The notes: a model not told the origin generated them from the sequence alone. A stretch of 64,000 nt of DNA from Styela clava (GCF_964204865.1 NC_135264.1:10974001-11038000), one strand, 5' to 3'. Counted from the first letter of the stretch, positions 10,801 to 25,000 are shown. Program-made: numbers and translations.

Positions 10801-13318
10801 ATCTATAACACCGTCACATATTTTAAAGCGATTCACGCACATTTTGTCTTCTTTGCAATATAATTCTCCAGTTCGACAGTTGTTTTCACAATTTCCAGCG
10901 TTGTAGCAAATTGAATCGCAGAATTTCATTAGATTGGTGTTGTTGCGGTTCGAATTACAAAGGCATTCATCTGATAAATCTGTGCAGTCAATGACGCCGT
11001 CGCACATTTGTCGTCGTGCTATAATTTTGTTATCGGAGACGCAACGTGCGCAATTAAAGGACCCATTCTGGAAACATAAGTCCGATTTATCTTCGCACAG
11101 AGTGTGGTTATCGTACAGTGTCCATTGTGGTATGTTACACATTTCTTCCTTTGTTCCCAGAACAGTCTTTTTACATTCAAATCCTGGCAAATATTGAGGA
11201 TTGTCCTTCCCCGCTGGACAATCTCGGAATCCATCACACGCGTATGACTGGGGTATGCAAATTGATGGGTCATGAGGGCACCTCCACATACGTGCTTCAT
11301 TGCATCCTTCTATTTCATCGCTACAATCTCCACAGTGATCCATTCCATCACATAAATATTTTAACGCGATGCATCTTCGCCCGCTGTGACAACGAAATTC
11401 GTTCGATGAGCAAGTTTGATTCCAAGATATCACTTCATCACTTCCGTCTTTACAATTTTCAACTCCGTCTACAACCCAAGACCGCGGGATACATCTTCCA
11501 CTATCATTGCAACGAAATTCTGTTGTAGTTACGCATTGGGTTAAGTTTTTTCTTTCGTCAGCACCATTTTCGCAATCTGGATGGCCGTCCTTCACACGAA
11601 ATCGTTTTACACACTGCCCGTTGTCACATCGGAATTCTGCAGATTCGTTGCAAGAACTGAACGGTTCATTTTCATCTTCACCAGTTTTGCAATCATTCAT
11701 TTTATCAAAAACCCATTCTCTAGGAATACACCTCCCATTAGAACACTTGAATTCAGTTTCATTGCAATAATCAAGTGACGCCATTTCATCGCTGTCGTCA
11801 TCAACTTCGGTAGTTTTGCAATCGATGTTGCCATCTCTCACAACCCATCTCGGCAAACATAGCCTGCTGTGCTTGCATGTAAATTCTGAGTAAATAAGTT
11901 GACTATATACTAAAATTGATTACCGGTGAAAAAACTTCGTAAAATAATCGTTTTATGTGAAGAAAATATTAAACGATACAAAGGATGATTCCGTACACAG
12001 TATGGGCATTGAATAAAAACCGTTTTTACCATGTTCTGATGAACTGCATGATTTATTATTTTAGACAAACTTAATGCGTCAAAGCTGGCGTGTTTCATAT
12101 GATTATTATGAACCACATGTTTACATCCACACTGGAAAGCAATTGTTAGCTAGTAGCAAATTCAATTATATCCAGTTTTTGTTGAAGTTAGTCAAGTCAC
12201 GATTTTATTGAAATTAGTTATAGAGGAATTACAGCTCGATAATAAAGTAAACATACAACTTCATACTCTTTGCCTTAATACAGTTTCTTGATAAATATAA
12301 AAGGCACATAATATAAAAAACTTCGGAAGTGATAAGCAAGTTTGGCAAGTTTTCCATATTAAACTGCCTTTAACAAAATGGCGATACTGTATATTTACAA
12401 TGTACCATCGGATCTGCATGGCAAAGTGATGACTCCCTTTTTCCCCAGAAGACAGCCTTGCTTGGTCCCTAGCAACATTCTTGGTATACATCGGTTTATC
12501 CCGCGACATGCAAATTCATCATCTGTACAATTCACCCTTTCTGTTATGTACAAAAATATGAATGTATTATATCGCCACTTATTACACCATATGTTACCGT
12601 TTACTCTTTCTGGAAGTGGATTTGTTGATATCAGGTCCGAGAAATATAGATACAGGTAGGCCTACCTCACATCTACCATGGTTATTTCAGACTTCTTTAT
12701 TTTATGAGAATTGGGGTTCTGATTTCAGTATAGTTTGTTCCATTGATACAAAATATATGGACCGAGCTCACTCTACCAATTTATTTATATTCCCCGTTAT
12801 ATTTTCACATACCACTCCGAAAACAGGCGTGTTAGAATATGAAGTATAACCGAATAATTCTTTTAAAAATGCGCTTGAAAAAAAAACAGGCTTAATGCTG
12901 ACCTTTCTCGCAATAAGTTTTAAATACACCATCACGCCTTTGACATCGTCCGGTTAAAGAACACCTGTGATAACCATCTTCTATTCGACAGCCCGCGCGA
13001 AGTCTTCGTACGTTCAGAGAGTTGACTTTGACTGCAAAAACACCACGTTTTGCAAATTACTAATGGCTGAAAAAGTTTGTAATGCGGAGCTACAGATGAA
13101 AAATTTAAAATACTATTGAAGGTACGATCTTTGGATAAAAGACGTTTCGAAATATCGCTGGTTCGACTGTTATCCCAGCCCACTACCTTTTATCAAGAGA
13201 CAGCATGAAAGTACAACTGAATCTCTTTACTGGGTTTTGCAGGTCTACCAAACTTACCATAAACATTGATGCTGTGTAGAACAACTATATATAAAAGTAA
13301 CTTATAGAAACAAAACAT
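7860..13318 (-). CDS. LDLa-repeat GPCR copy A (GRL101/RXFP-like 7TM, no LRRs), 1119 aa
   Basis: Exons 13318-13258 (signal peptide MFCFYKLLLYIVVLHSINVY), 13031-12903, 12540-12406, 11885-10625, 9947-9804, 9725-9554, 9317-7860 = 3360 nt in frame, all GT-AG. About 13-15 LDLa-like modules. 7TM motifs GN (TM1), NLAFSDFLMG, FYSADGVC, TDLCCWLP, PINSSLNPIIY. Confidence 0.93.
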
Positions 13319-14288
13319 ATTGCAACCGCCTCTGCTGCTTAAAAGACAATCTGACGTTAGATTCTCAGCCTATTATATTTGGAAATTTTCGGACGTGACG
13401 GGGTGTAATATAAGGGTCGGAAGTCTCGAGAGCATGAGTCAACTCAAGTCTTTTTCGCTTGCCTTGATGTAAACTACAAATGCAAATTTGAATAAACTTA
13501 TTCACTACACGCTGACTCAGTGTATCAATACAAAATCATGGTACTGTAGTTGATTACATGAAAATGTGTTCAACTGAATTGGCGTGCTGTAAAAAACAAC
13601 CATAAAGCTCTATATTACATTGCGGTACTAACAGAACAATTATGTTTTCATAAAATCAATCATTTTCATTTCATTATACACTTTTATCTTGCTGAATTAA
13701 ATACAAAATAAAGAGCCTCTTGAATAATTGCCCTATTACGTCAAATAATGAGGAGAAGGAATTTCACATCAATTTTTACCCTCCACCAAACACGCAATTT
13801 CATAGATCGTAAGCGAACAATTACGCTCCTCATGTCATAACGTGACATCCCATCAACAGCAAGGCTCTACCAACGTACATGTAGAATGTGATCCAGATGT
13901 TTCTCATCGAAAGTTTAAAATGAAGGACGGCGGAATTGAAACGTTGATGCTACCATGCCACACACTTGAATCGAATCTTGAAATTAAACATGCGGTAACA
14001 AGTAGGCTTAATGCGCTTGGAAGATTTCATTACTCGCCGGTCAACACCTATATTCATTATGAATGCTATGCATAAGAATTCCACATTTAGAACAAGAAAA
14101 ATATTAAAATCACTGATGACAAAATGCATTTAAATATTAATTTTCTCGATTAAATATAAAAATTATCCTCTGTCGCTTCACGCATATATAATACATCGAA
14201 CATCATAAGTTTTATGCTCGAAATGAGTTCTTGATTTCCAGTAACATTTTATACAAGGCACACGGAGTTTGCAATGCTGTTAGCGAAA

Positions 14289-17200
14289 CTACTGTTGTAC
14301 AGTAGATATACTTGCTAATTTTGAAGGCATTGACGTTGATGCGAAGGTTGGAACACTTGTGCTGCCAGTATCGCGCGCTGTAACAGTATTTTCCAAGGGA
14401 GGTTTTCGTGTCATTTTTTGTCTCATAGAAGCTCTAACTTCTACGGTTTTATTAAAGAGGGCAGCTCGAGTAATGGCAAACCCACTCGAGTATATGATCG
14501 GATTTAATGAACTATTTATGGGTAGAAGAAGAATCGCCGCGACAGCATACGCGTCCCCAGAGATATGCGCTCCAAGTTGGCTTGCAAGAGCCATAATGCA
14601 AATTGGAAGCCAGCAGCAGAGATCAGTTGCAATTAAAATCGTTATTTTTCTTTGGATCGCTCGACTTCGATTCTCGTGTTTAGCTTCGCTGCCCTTGACT
14701 TTCCTATGCGTGGACTTGTGGTAAATTTTACCGTATGCAATGATGATGAACATCAAGCTACAGAAATTTAGACTTATTATGAACAAGGATAGCGCGTGTA
14801 GGGGCAGCTCTCCTTTTATTCGAAATAGCCTAGGAATGCATACTCCGTCAGCACTGTAGAAGCCAAAGTATCCGAGCACTTCCGGAGTAACATCTCCGTA
14901 GGTATTTTTTAGAATATCTCCTGCACTACCCCAAGTGTTAAAGTCGTTTGATGCTTGAGATTCACGGGCTCCAAGAACAGCAATTCGTTGTGCAAAAGTT
15001 TTGAAATCATCCCAAGATACGACTGTGTTTTCAAAGTACATTGACGGCCTTGTTAGTGCTGTAGTAACCATGGTTTGATTAATCGATGGAATAATGGGGG
15101 TTAAGGCTAATAGAATAGACAATGCCCATGTTGTAATTGCTGCCACGACAGCCCATTTCGGTTTTGCATGTCTGCTTTGAAACGGTCGGTGAATTCCATA
15201 AAAACGATACACAGTCAAAGCTACAAGAGAAAACACGGATGTTTCACTGGACAACACAGTCATAACTCCAATTGCGTTACATAGTCCACTGATCCGCCAT
15301 TTTTTGTCTTCCAAACAATATTCTCCAGACATTGAAACTGACCTCACTCCAATTACAAGCAGTGTTACCCCCATGAGAAAGTCAGAAAATGCGAGATTGA
15401 TAATTAATATTCTGTTGCATCGACTCAATGCACTTGATTGAGACTTGATCTCGGAGTAATAGGTTTCTATTATTACACCTATGTTACCAAGAATTGCTAT
15501 ACATGCCATGAACCAAATGAAATGCCGAAGAAATGGTAGTTTAATCATTTCCTCTGGGGAAGATAGTGGGTTTTCGTCGTTCCAATTATCTGGGCATTCG
15601 TCTGAATTGTCGTCGCAATCTTGTTTACCATTCATTACTGATGAATATGGAACGTAAAGTGGGTTCCCGTCTTTACAGTAGAAGTGAGTCAAGTTACTGC
15701 AATTTCTTTCGTCTGACTGATCTAGGCAGTCTGGATGTAAATCGCACACTTTAGTGGGTTTGATGGCGATACGCTGAAACGAATATGTACGTAAATGTAA
15801 TTCACTATAACGCATCAAGAAAAGTAGGTATTATCTAACAACAACATAAATGTATTCTATCCTATACTCTTCAGATCCGGGTAAATTTGTAATGACAGCC
15901 GCTTGTGCATTTAAGCCAAATATGAGAGGGCGCGAAAATTAATTTTAAGTTTCGAGTTGCTGATATCAGACAGAATCTTTATTTTTTCCAGTCACCAACA
16001 CACTACTCACTACAATAAAAACTTCCTACGTAAACATTATTCATAACCAAAAGCGCGCTCTGCTCCGATCAAATTTCTGTTGGCAGACAAATATCTAAAT
16101 TATATTTATGGATGATATATCATTATTTAGACTCTATGTAAAACAAAACACGTAAAATATACTAACCTGTCTTGTACCCAAAGGTGATTCTACGGTACCA
16201 GCGTCGCACTTAAAATTTTCTGTGCAGTTTTGTTCATCCTCCCCACCGTTACATTCTTGTATGCCATCGCATATTGATTGGCCAAAGACATAATTAGTGA
16301 AATCGTACGTATCTTTTGTTGTCGCATATTCGTTACATCTGCAAATATATTTTCCTTGAGTGTTTATATTTTCAATAAAATTTATTCACGAATATGATGA
16401 GCTAACTTACGATCGTAATAACATTGCTGCATCTACCCCGACGATTGATGCCATTAGTCCAATGTTTCTCAGTTGAAATTTTTTGCATTCTGGCATCTGA
16501 CATTCATCATTACATTCATCCTCGAATCGAAGACAATCAAAAACGCCGTCACATCTTGTTGGTTAAAAACAATTTTAATGGTATCATATTATGCGAACAC
16601 GATTGTTTAATCAGAGATGCCATCTCTTAAATATCGTACAACACTTAATTAGGAACATGTATCCAAATTATTCACAATATCCTAATATATGCGGAGTGAA
16701 GCACTCAGATTCATTATAGTACGGCGAGATTTCTAGTAATTCGCAAAGAATTCAGAAACCAAATATAAATTTTATTCATTATTATTCAATTATTGTACCA
16801 CCTTGTGGAATTATAGTTCCGTAACAAAAAAACTATCGCGGGAAAAAATTCACCTTTTCAGATAACTAAATTATTTAAAATACGATATGCTCATATTATA
16901 CTTACTTTGTACCGTGTGTTGAAAACAAATTTTCGTATAGTTCCATTAATTTGAAAGCTTCCAATACCTTTAACATGGCTTCGCTCAATTTCCAACATTC
17001 AAAATCGGTCGTATTCGATTTTAAACCGACTTCTGCTTCTGGTTGAACGCATAATTTTTCATCAAGGGCAGAAATTGGACAATCTATAACACCGTCACAT
17101 ATTTTAAAGCTATCCACGCACATTTTGTCTTCTTTGCAATATAATTCTCCAGTTCGACAGTCGTTTTTACAATTTCCAGCGTTGTAGCAAATTGAATCGC

Positions 17201-19570
17201 AAAATTTCATTAGATCGGTGTTGTTGCGGTTCGAATTACAAAGGCATTCATCTGATAAATCTGCGCAGTCAATGACTCCGTCGCACATTTGTCGTTGTGC
17301 TATAATTTTGTTATCGGAGACGCAACGAGCGCAATTAAAGGACCCATTCTGAAAACATAGGTCCGATTTATCTTCGCACAGAGTGTGGTTATCGTAAAGT
17401 GTCCATTGTGGTATGTTGCACATTTCTTCCTCTGTTGCCAGAACGGTCTTTTTACATTCAAATCCTGGCAAATATTGGGGATTGTCCTTTCCCCCTGGAC
17501 AGTCTCGGAATCCATCACATGCATATGCTTGTGGTATGCAAATTGATGGATCATGAGGACACCTCCACATACGTGCTTCATTGCATCCTTCTATTTCGTC
17601 GCTACAATCTCCACAGTGATCCATTCCATCACATAAATATTTTAACGCGATGCATCTTCGCCCGCTGTGACAATGAAATTCGTTCGGTGAGCAAGTTTGA
17701 TTCCAAGATATCACTTCATCACTCCCGTCTTTACAATTTTTAACTCCGTCTACAACCCAAGACCGCGGGATACATCTTCCACTATCGTTGCAACGAAATT
17801 CCGTTGTAGTTACGCATCGGGTTAAGTTTTCTTTTTCGTCAGCACCATTTTCGCAATCTGGATGGCCGTCCATCACACGAAATCGTTTTACACACTGCCC
17901 GTTGTCACATCGGAATTCTGCAGATTTGTTGCAAGAACTGAAAGGTTCATTTTCATCTTCACCAGTTTTGCAATCATTCATTTTATCAAAAACCCATTCC
18001 CTAGGAATACACCTCCCATTAGAACACTTGAATTCTGTTTCATTGCAAAAAGCTAGAGACATCATTTCATCGCTGTCGTCATCAACTTCAGTAGTATTGC
18101 AATCGATGTTGCCATCTCTCACAAACCGTCTCGGCAAGCATAGCCTGCTGTGCTGGCATGTAAATTCTGAGTGAATAAGTTGACGATATATTAAATTTGA
18201 TTATCAATGGGACAGAAATCGTAAAACGATCGTTTTTCTCGAAAAAATAAAATACTAAACAATACAAAGGATAATTCATAGTGTGGACATTGAGTAGAAA
18301 CCGACGTCATCAATGGAAGAAGAAGCTCGTATTTAGTTTTTACCATGTTCTGACGAACTGCGTGAGTAAGAAAACTTCGATGCGTCAAAACTGACGTGTT
18401 TGATATGATTGTTATGAACCACATGCTTACATCCACACTGAAAAGCAATGGTTAACTCTAATAGAAAATTCAATCACATTCAATTTCTTGTTCAAATTCG
18501 CGATTTTATTGAAATCAGTTGTTCAAAAAATACAGCTCAATAATAAAGCAAACATACGACTTCATACTCTCTGCCCCGATACAGTTGCTTGCTAATTATA
18601 ATAGTCACATAATATGGAAAACGTTGGAAGTGGAAGCAAGTTTGGTAAGAAAGGATCACTCACTGACTTGAACTAGATAGGGGGTTAGTGTATTTTAGAA
18701 AATTACAATATTTAAACAATGTACCATCGGTTCCGCATGGTAAAGTGATGACTCCTTTTTTTCCCAGAAGACAGCCATTTTTGGTCCCCAGTAACATTCT
18801 TGGTATACATCGGTTTACCCCGCGACATGCAAATTCATCATCTGTACAATTCACCCTTTCTGTTTTGGGAAAAAATATGAATACATTATATCGTCGCACA
18901 TAACAACATATTTTACCGTTTACTCTTTCTAGAAGTGAATTTGTTGATAGAAGGTTTGAGACATAGAGATACATGTACCATTCACATCTACCATGGGTAT
19001 TTCAATCTTCTTGGGGCTCTGATTTCAGTTTATCTTCTATTAATACAAAATATACGCCTATAACAAGCGCCGATAATGCTCTGTGTTAAGGTAGAATTTT
19101 AATTATAATCGAGTAATTCTATTAAAATGGTGCAATTAAAATTCTGGCTAGATGCTGACCTTTCTCGCAAAAAACTTTAAATACATCTTCACGTCTTTGA
19201 CATCGCCCGTTTAAAGAACATCTGTGATAACCATCTTCTATTCGGCAGCCCGCGCGAAGTCGTCGTACGTTCAGAGAATTGACACTGACTGCAAAAATAC
19301 CACACATTCGCAAATTTATAAGGCTGAAATAAGTTTGTAATGCGAAACTAGAGTTGGAGAATTTAAAATGCTATATAGGATAACCGATAATATTTTCTAA
19401 ATATCGCTGTGTTTCGACTATTATTCCATCCCATTACGCTTAATTAAAGAACAGTATAAAAGTAAAACTATTTCTCTAACTGTGTATCATGCGTCTATAC
19501 CAAACTTACCATAATATTTGATGTTATGTAGAATAACTATATATAAAAGAAACTTATAGAAACAAAGCAT
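14289..19570 (-). CDS. LDLa-repeat GPCR copy B, tandem duplicate of A, 1128 aa
   Basis: Exons 19570-19510, 19288-19160, 18859-18725, 18166-16906, 16554-16411, 16338-16167, 15773-14289 = 3387 nt in frame. Exon sizes equal copy A except the last. Confidence 0.93.
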
Positions 19571-20405
19571 ATTGCAGCAGCCAATATCTCTCAAAAAAAC
19601 AATACGTAAGGTTAGGCTCCCCAGAATATTAAATTTGAAAATATTTCTGACGTGACGTGGTGTAATAAAAAAGTTATAGGAAGTCTCGAGACCATGAGTC
19701 AACTCAGCCTTTTTCACTTCCCTTGATTTTAACTACAAATGTGAATTTGAGCACATTAAAATTATTGATTCACTACACGCCGATGCAGTATATAACACAA
19801 AATGATATTAGTTGATTACCTAAGATCGTGTTAAACTGAATTGCCGTGCTGTAAAAACATAAAGCCCCGTTTTAGATCTAGAAAGTTGTTCTTTGGTTTT
19901 AACACTTTATGAATCAAGTATTTTTGTATTTAGGGTATGACATATTGTAAAATACTTATTCAATTATTATCATTGGCTTCTCCGAACAATATATAATACA
20001 AAAATGAGTATTCTATTGTCTCCAAAGGGAAGCGATGGAATTTTTATTTCAATTCTCTATTCCTAACAATCCGACTGCATATGAATTTGGTCAAATAACG
20101 CCGGCGTTTTTTCCCAAGAACATACATCTGGCAACTGCATAAAAATAATCGGATCAACGGTTTAACTTGGGGTGGAGATTTTTCAGTTGATCCAAATAAT
20201 TATTTTCAATTCTATACACATTTTCATCTTGATGAAATAAAGAAAAAATAGTTAACCTTTTTAAACATTGCCCTATTTTGTCAAATACCGAGAAGAATGA
20301 GTTTCACATCAATTTTTACCTGCTACCTACATTTTTATAGCTCTTACGCGAACAATTACTCTTGCTCTTCGTGTCATACTTGAAAAATGGGGCTTCCCAT
20401 CAACT

Positions 20406-23400
20406 CAGTGGTTCTTAACCTTTTACTGACCGCTTATCATTTTACTGTTTTTTACTATGGCCGCGTACCACCGACAAAGCTCCTTTTTGGCGTGGGGAAA
20501 AAGACACAAGAAACATGCTATGTGTGTACTTTATAATGTGGCACTACAACCTTTGTGGCGTAACACGCAAAACGAAGAAAAACATGCCCATATCGCTTCA
20601 TTTAAGGTGGGCAATAGCGGGCGAGGGCGATCTCTAAAGACAAGAACTGATAGCGCACCAGCGCTATGAACGTTTCCTCGACCATTGACCCCGGAAAAAT
20701 TACTCTTATACTTTACTACTGCAAACTTTATGCTTATTCTGAGAGTGTTTTGGTGTGTTGGCATTGGCACATATAAACTGGTTTACGTGTTTGAAATCAT
20801 AATTTTTAATAAACTTAATCAACCATGTGCCGTTTGCAGGTACTGATATAGCTAATAGGCCGCGAGCCGAGGCCCTGAAAAACGCCTAGAAAGTGAGTTT
20901 CGTAGCGCACATCAGGTAACTATCTGAAAATGATTTTAAAATGTTCCTTAAAAATTTAGTAACAAATATTGCCTTGTTCCCACTTCCAAAAGTTGCACGT
21001 TTTACGGAAAAGATGCTTTTACTACAGGAAATATGTGCTACGATCTGTCCTATATTCTCTACATTTTCGGCAAGGAACAATGACTTCTGCATGACGTAAC
21101 AATTGAATTAAACCAGCTGATAGCGAGCGGATGAATATTAGTTATTACTGCTCGACCTTGCGCTGAGTTGGGCAGGCTTTCCATAGCCCTGTTTAGTTAT
21201 TATTGGTTAAGTTATGCTAAGACGTTGTTGAAAAATGTATAAGTAAATTATTAAACACTTGTAGATCCTTACCACGGATATGGGCCGTGAGACGAAACCA
21301 TGAAAACGCCCAGAAAATGAGTTTCGTAGCGCACATCTGGTAACTAAATAAATTCTTCAGTTTTGTGTGAAAACGAGCATAATGAACGCATTACAGCTTG
21401 TTCCAGAATCCTGGTGCGAAATTGAATATAAGAGGTTCCCGGAAATTCAATAACCATAAGTTTACAACACATACATAAGAACTATACAATTCGAGAGCCC
21501 TACAGCACACTAACACAAATGTATTCCTGTAATGTTTTGCCTGACCAAAATCGGACTTCCTCAGTCAATCATAATTTATTAGGTAGATTACGAAAAATAT
21601 GGCATACATGTAACCAACAACAAAATATACTTTAATTGTGTGACAGGAGTCGGGAGTGACCTCGAAAGCAGCGACACCAACAACGCTGATTCACATTTGC
21701 GAATAAATTTTATGTAATAACCACAAGCAGTTTACAACAAGAACAGCATAAAAAGCTACATCCATTTTATAGAAGCTATCAAACGTATTTATTTTTAAGC
21801 AATGAAGTCACAAATTAACATCGTGAGCACGAAAACACAAATAAATCAGTTATTTCTCACTTAGAAATTTACCGCAAAAGTCAAGAAAATTAAATGAATG
21901 TACAATATGTACATAACATAGTGAACAGAAATATTACAATTTACAATTAATCTTTTTTTAGTTTATGTGGTTATGTATTTGAACAAAGGCAATAATATTT
22001 CTAGAAACAGGACTACGACACTAACAAATGTCCGAAAAAAAAAACAAATGTATGATACTTATTAAATCAACTGTAATATCTAATTCACTTTCTTCTGAAT
22101 TGTTTTCGAAATCCACTATCTCAAAAATCGACTTTTCCTCTATAGGTGTAATGTGATTTAAGTTGATTTTGGCACACTTTCATAAATTATTTTGACTATT
22201 TTTCTCTCAGTTTGCCAACTCAAGAACTGATTTGAGGGCCACATGCTTCTTCAGTGAATCATTGTTGGGTGGAGAGTATAATCCTTATGTTTGACAGTGT
22301 TAAATAGACGTGCCCTGGTATCATTTACATTCTTCATATCCTCTTCAAATTCCTCAGCTTTATTTATTAATGCCTCGTTAACCTCAAAAGATCTTCATAG
22401 TCGAGGGAAAAAAATGAATTGAAAATCTCAATGAAGTCTCCAACATGAATTTGATGGGCAGTTCCAATTGCAGAAAAGTGCTAAAGTATTTCAATATGAA
22501 TAGCCCATCTAAGCTGTTTGCAACTATTATGAATCTCATATACCTTTAAGCTTCAAGACTTCTTGTTTAATCCATTTTATAGCACTGATAGCAGCAGGGA
22601 TCAGAGCCTGCATTAGGTCGGATTGGTGGAACAGTGCCGTTTTCTTTTGTAGTACAGTATCTAAAATAAGGAAGAAAATAATATTTGGAGCAGCATGATT
22701 TTAAAAATACCCCTAAATACTAACTAATACCTTGAATACATAATGCATTTTATCTGATGTACTAAATGAGCGTATATATGCTCATTGCATGTAAGACAGT
22801 CCAGCAGTGTTTGCATACCATTACTAGACTAGGCCTATATCTACACTAAATTTTGATATATCACAGTCTGAAATGTCCTATGACAGTACCGTATGAGTAT
22901 GGACTATAGACTATATTTTGAAACATCAACTGTGTGTCTACAACTTGATTTCTCACCTCTCAATCGTTTCCAATGCTACCTTTCTTTCCACTCCGGCATA
23001 ACTTATCATTGCTTCCCAGGTTCTTGTCGACTCTATGAATTTAGATTTAGACCAACCGACATTAGTAAAATTGATTAATTTCTTCTGTTCCACACAACCG
23101 TGCATTACAGAAACAGCCATTCATTTCTATTTCCAAATATGCTGTGGCCTATATAGTAGTATAAGTCTGCTGAATAGTCAAGAAGAGTCATTAAATTAAT
23201 CATAAACATTTCATGCAAGCCAGAAAATATCGTTGTTTGTGACATATTATTCTAGGTCTAGCCTTCCTTGGAGTTACCGCACCGTACCTATTTAACAACG
23301 TCTTATGAGCTAGTGCTCAACTAAAATTGCTATTTATGGTAAGGATATACAAGTGTTTAATATCTTACCTATACTTTTCAACACCTCCTTAGAATAACTG

Positions 23401-24257
23401 AACTAATATTATCGGTAACTGAAAAAAACTATGGAAAGGCTACTCAACGCAAAAGCGAGCAGTTGTAGTACATCTGATATTCATCCGACCACTGGGGATC
23501 CACCTACAGCTGACTAACTTGACTGTTACGTCGTACTGAAGTCTGCGTTCATTGGCCCATGATACCGGAAAAGCAGAGAAAATAGGACAGATGGTAACAC
23601 ATATTTATTGTAGTAAAAGCGTCTTTTCTGTAAAACGTGCAACTTTTGGAAGTGGGAACAAGGCAATATTTGTTACTAAATTTCTAAGGAACATTTTAAA
23701 ATCATTTTCAGGTAGTTACCTGATGTGCGCTACGAAACTGAAAGATAAATGGCCTCGGCTCGCGGCCTATAAGTTTAGCCTTGTCCATCGCAGCATTTGC
23801 GAGATTCAATTTCGATCATTGCAACTAAAGTAAAGCTCCGGGGAGGATATAATGACAATTAAGTTAATTATTTGACTATTATTTTCTTGAAATACAAATG
23901 AAAACTGACAAATATCACTCAAAACTACAAAAACGAGGCAATGTTCGCAACCATGCTTGAATATATGTTTGAGCGACAGAAGTGTCTGAGCGGCTGAGTG
24001 CAGAAATTGCAATTGTTATAGGCCTAGTGTTGCGTCATTATTGACTTATGGCTATTTGGTTATAGTTACGGAAATACACGAGGAAAACTGATGCCTGGGG
24101 AAAAATTCATAAACGCTGTTCAGCGAATACATACAGTAAGGAAGATAAAGCGTTGCCGGCATATTTTAGCCAACTGAAAGGTTAATTGTTGCAATATTTC
24201 AAATCTGCTCGCGTACCACTTAAAAAGCTCCCGCGTACCACAGGTTGAGAACCACTG
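20406..24257. mobile_element. hAT-type non-autonomous element carrying a nested insertion
   Basis: Ends CAGTGGTTCTTAACC / GGTTGAGAACCACTG, perfect 8-bp TSD CATCAACT (20398-20405, 24258-24265). The empty site is visible upstream of copy A (~13850). Confidence 0.9.
20858..23767. mobile_element. Nested DNA transposon with ~400-bp terminal inverted repeats, superfamily unresolved
   Basis: Termini GGCCGCGAGCCGAGGCC / GGCCTCGGCTCGCGGCC. 20895-21270 is an inverted match to ~23335-23740. Flanked by TA (or TAA). No intact internal ORF. Confidence 0.8.
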
Positions 24258-25000
24258 CATCAACTGCTACGCTCTACCAAACGCCATGTACACGTGTCGC
24301 AGGTTTTTCTTTCTCTATCTTTTCAAAACTTCTACTGCGATAAAATTAGAAGATCAGAAGTTTGACTGCGACTATATATACATCATAAACTAACTCAACA
24401 GACAATAACGCAACAAAACATGTCTATCCCTACCACAACGCAATTCGAGTGTCCTTTTCCCGGCCAAAACGTGTCAGACGATGCCTTCCTGCCTTTACGT
24501 TAGGCGGCAATCATCATCAAAGTAATAACCAAACCACAAAACAAACAGAAAAACAAAAAGGGTTAGCACACGGAAAAATCCTATCACAGAGTCCCTCCCT
24601 TAAAATGTCATGACATCCTTGGTCATGTTGAACCCGAAAAATGTTTAAAACAGATGGAACAGACTAAAGTGAGACTAACACGAAAATCAACCTCAAAACG
24701 AAATCATTTTTAAACTTCTAAACCATCCTCAAATTATACAAAATCGAAATCTAATAAGTATGACGTATCAGTTAAACTAGTGCTATACATATACACGAAT
24801 TACATATTAATTTATATTCCGAACACTGTGAACAAAACTACACAAATTGTAAAAAAAAACAGTTAAAATAAGGACGCAGTCATTTCATGTCACGAAATGC
24901 GGTTCGGGAAAAAATGAAATTATGTATCAGGCATCTCCAAATTTCGATTTGTACAGATTACTTTGTGGTCTGTCGAATGCTATCACTCTGCTGAACTGGG

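Noticed and set aside
10621-11856. Stand-alone 411-444 aa LDLa proteins and separate ~470-510 aa GPCRs, as the ORF track suggests
   Set aside because: They are exons 4 and 7 of single genes, joined in frame through exons 5 and 6 in all four copies.
20886-23833. Similar ORFs at 20886-21092 (-) and 23552-23833 (+)
   Set aside because: They are the two arms of a terminal inverted repeat, with no evidence of protein coding.
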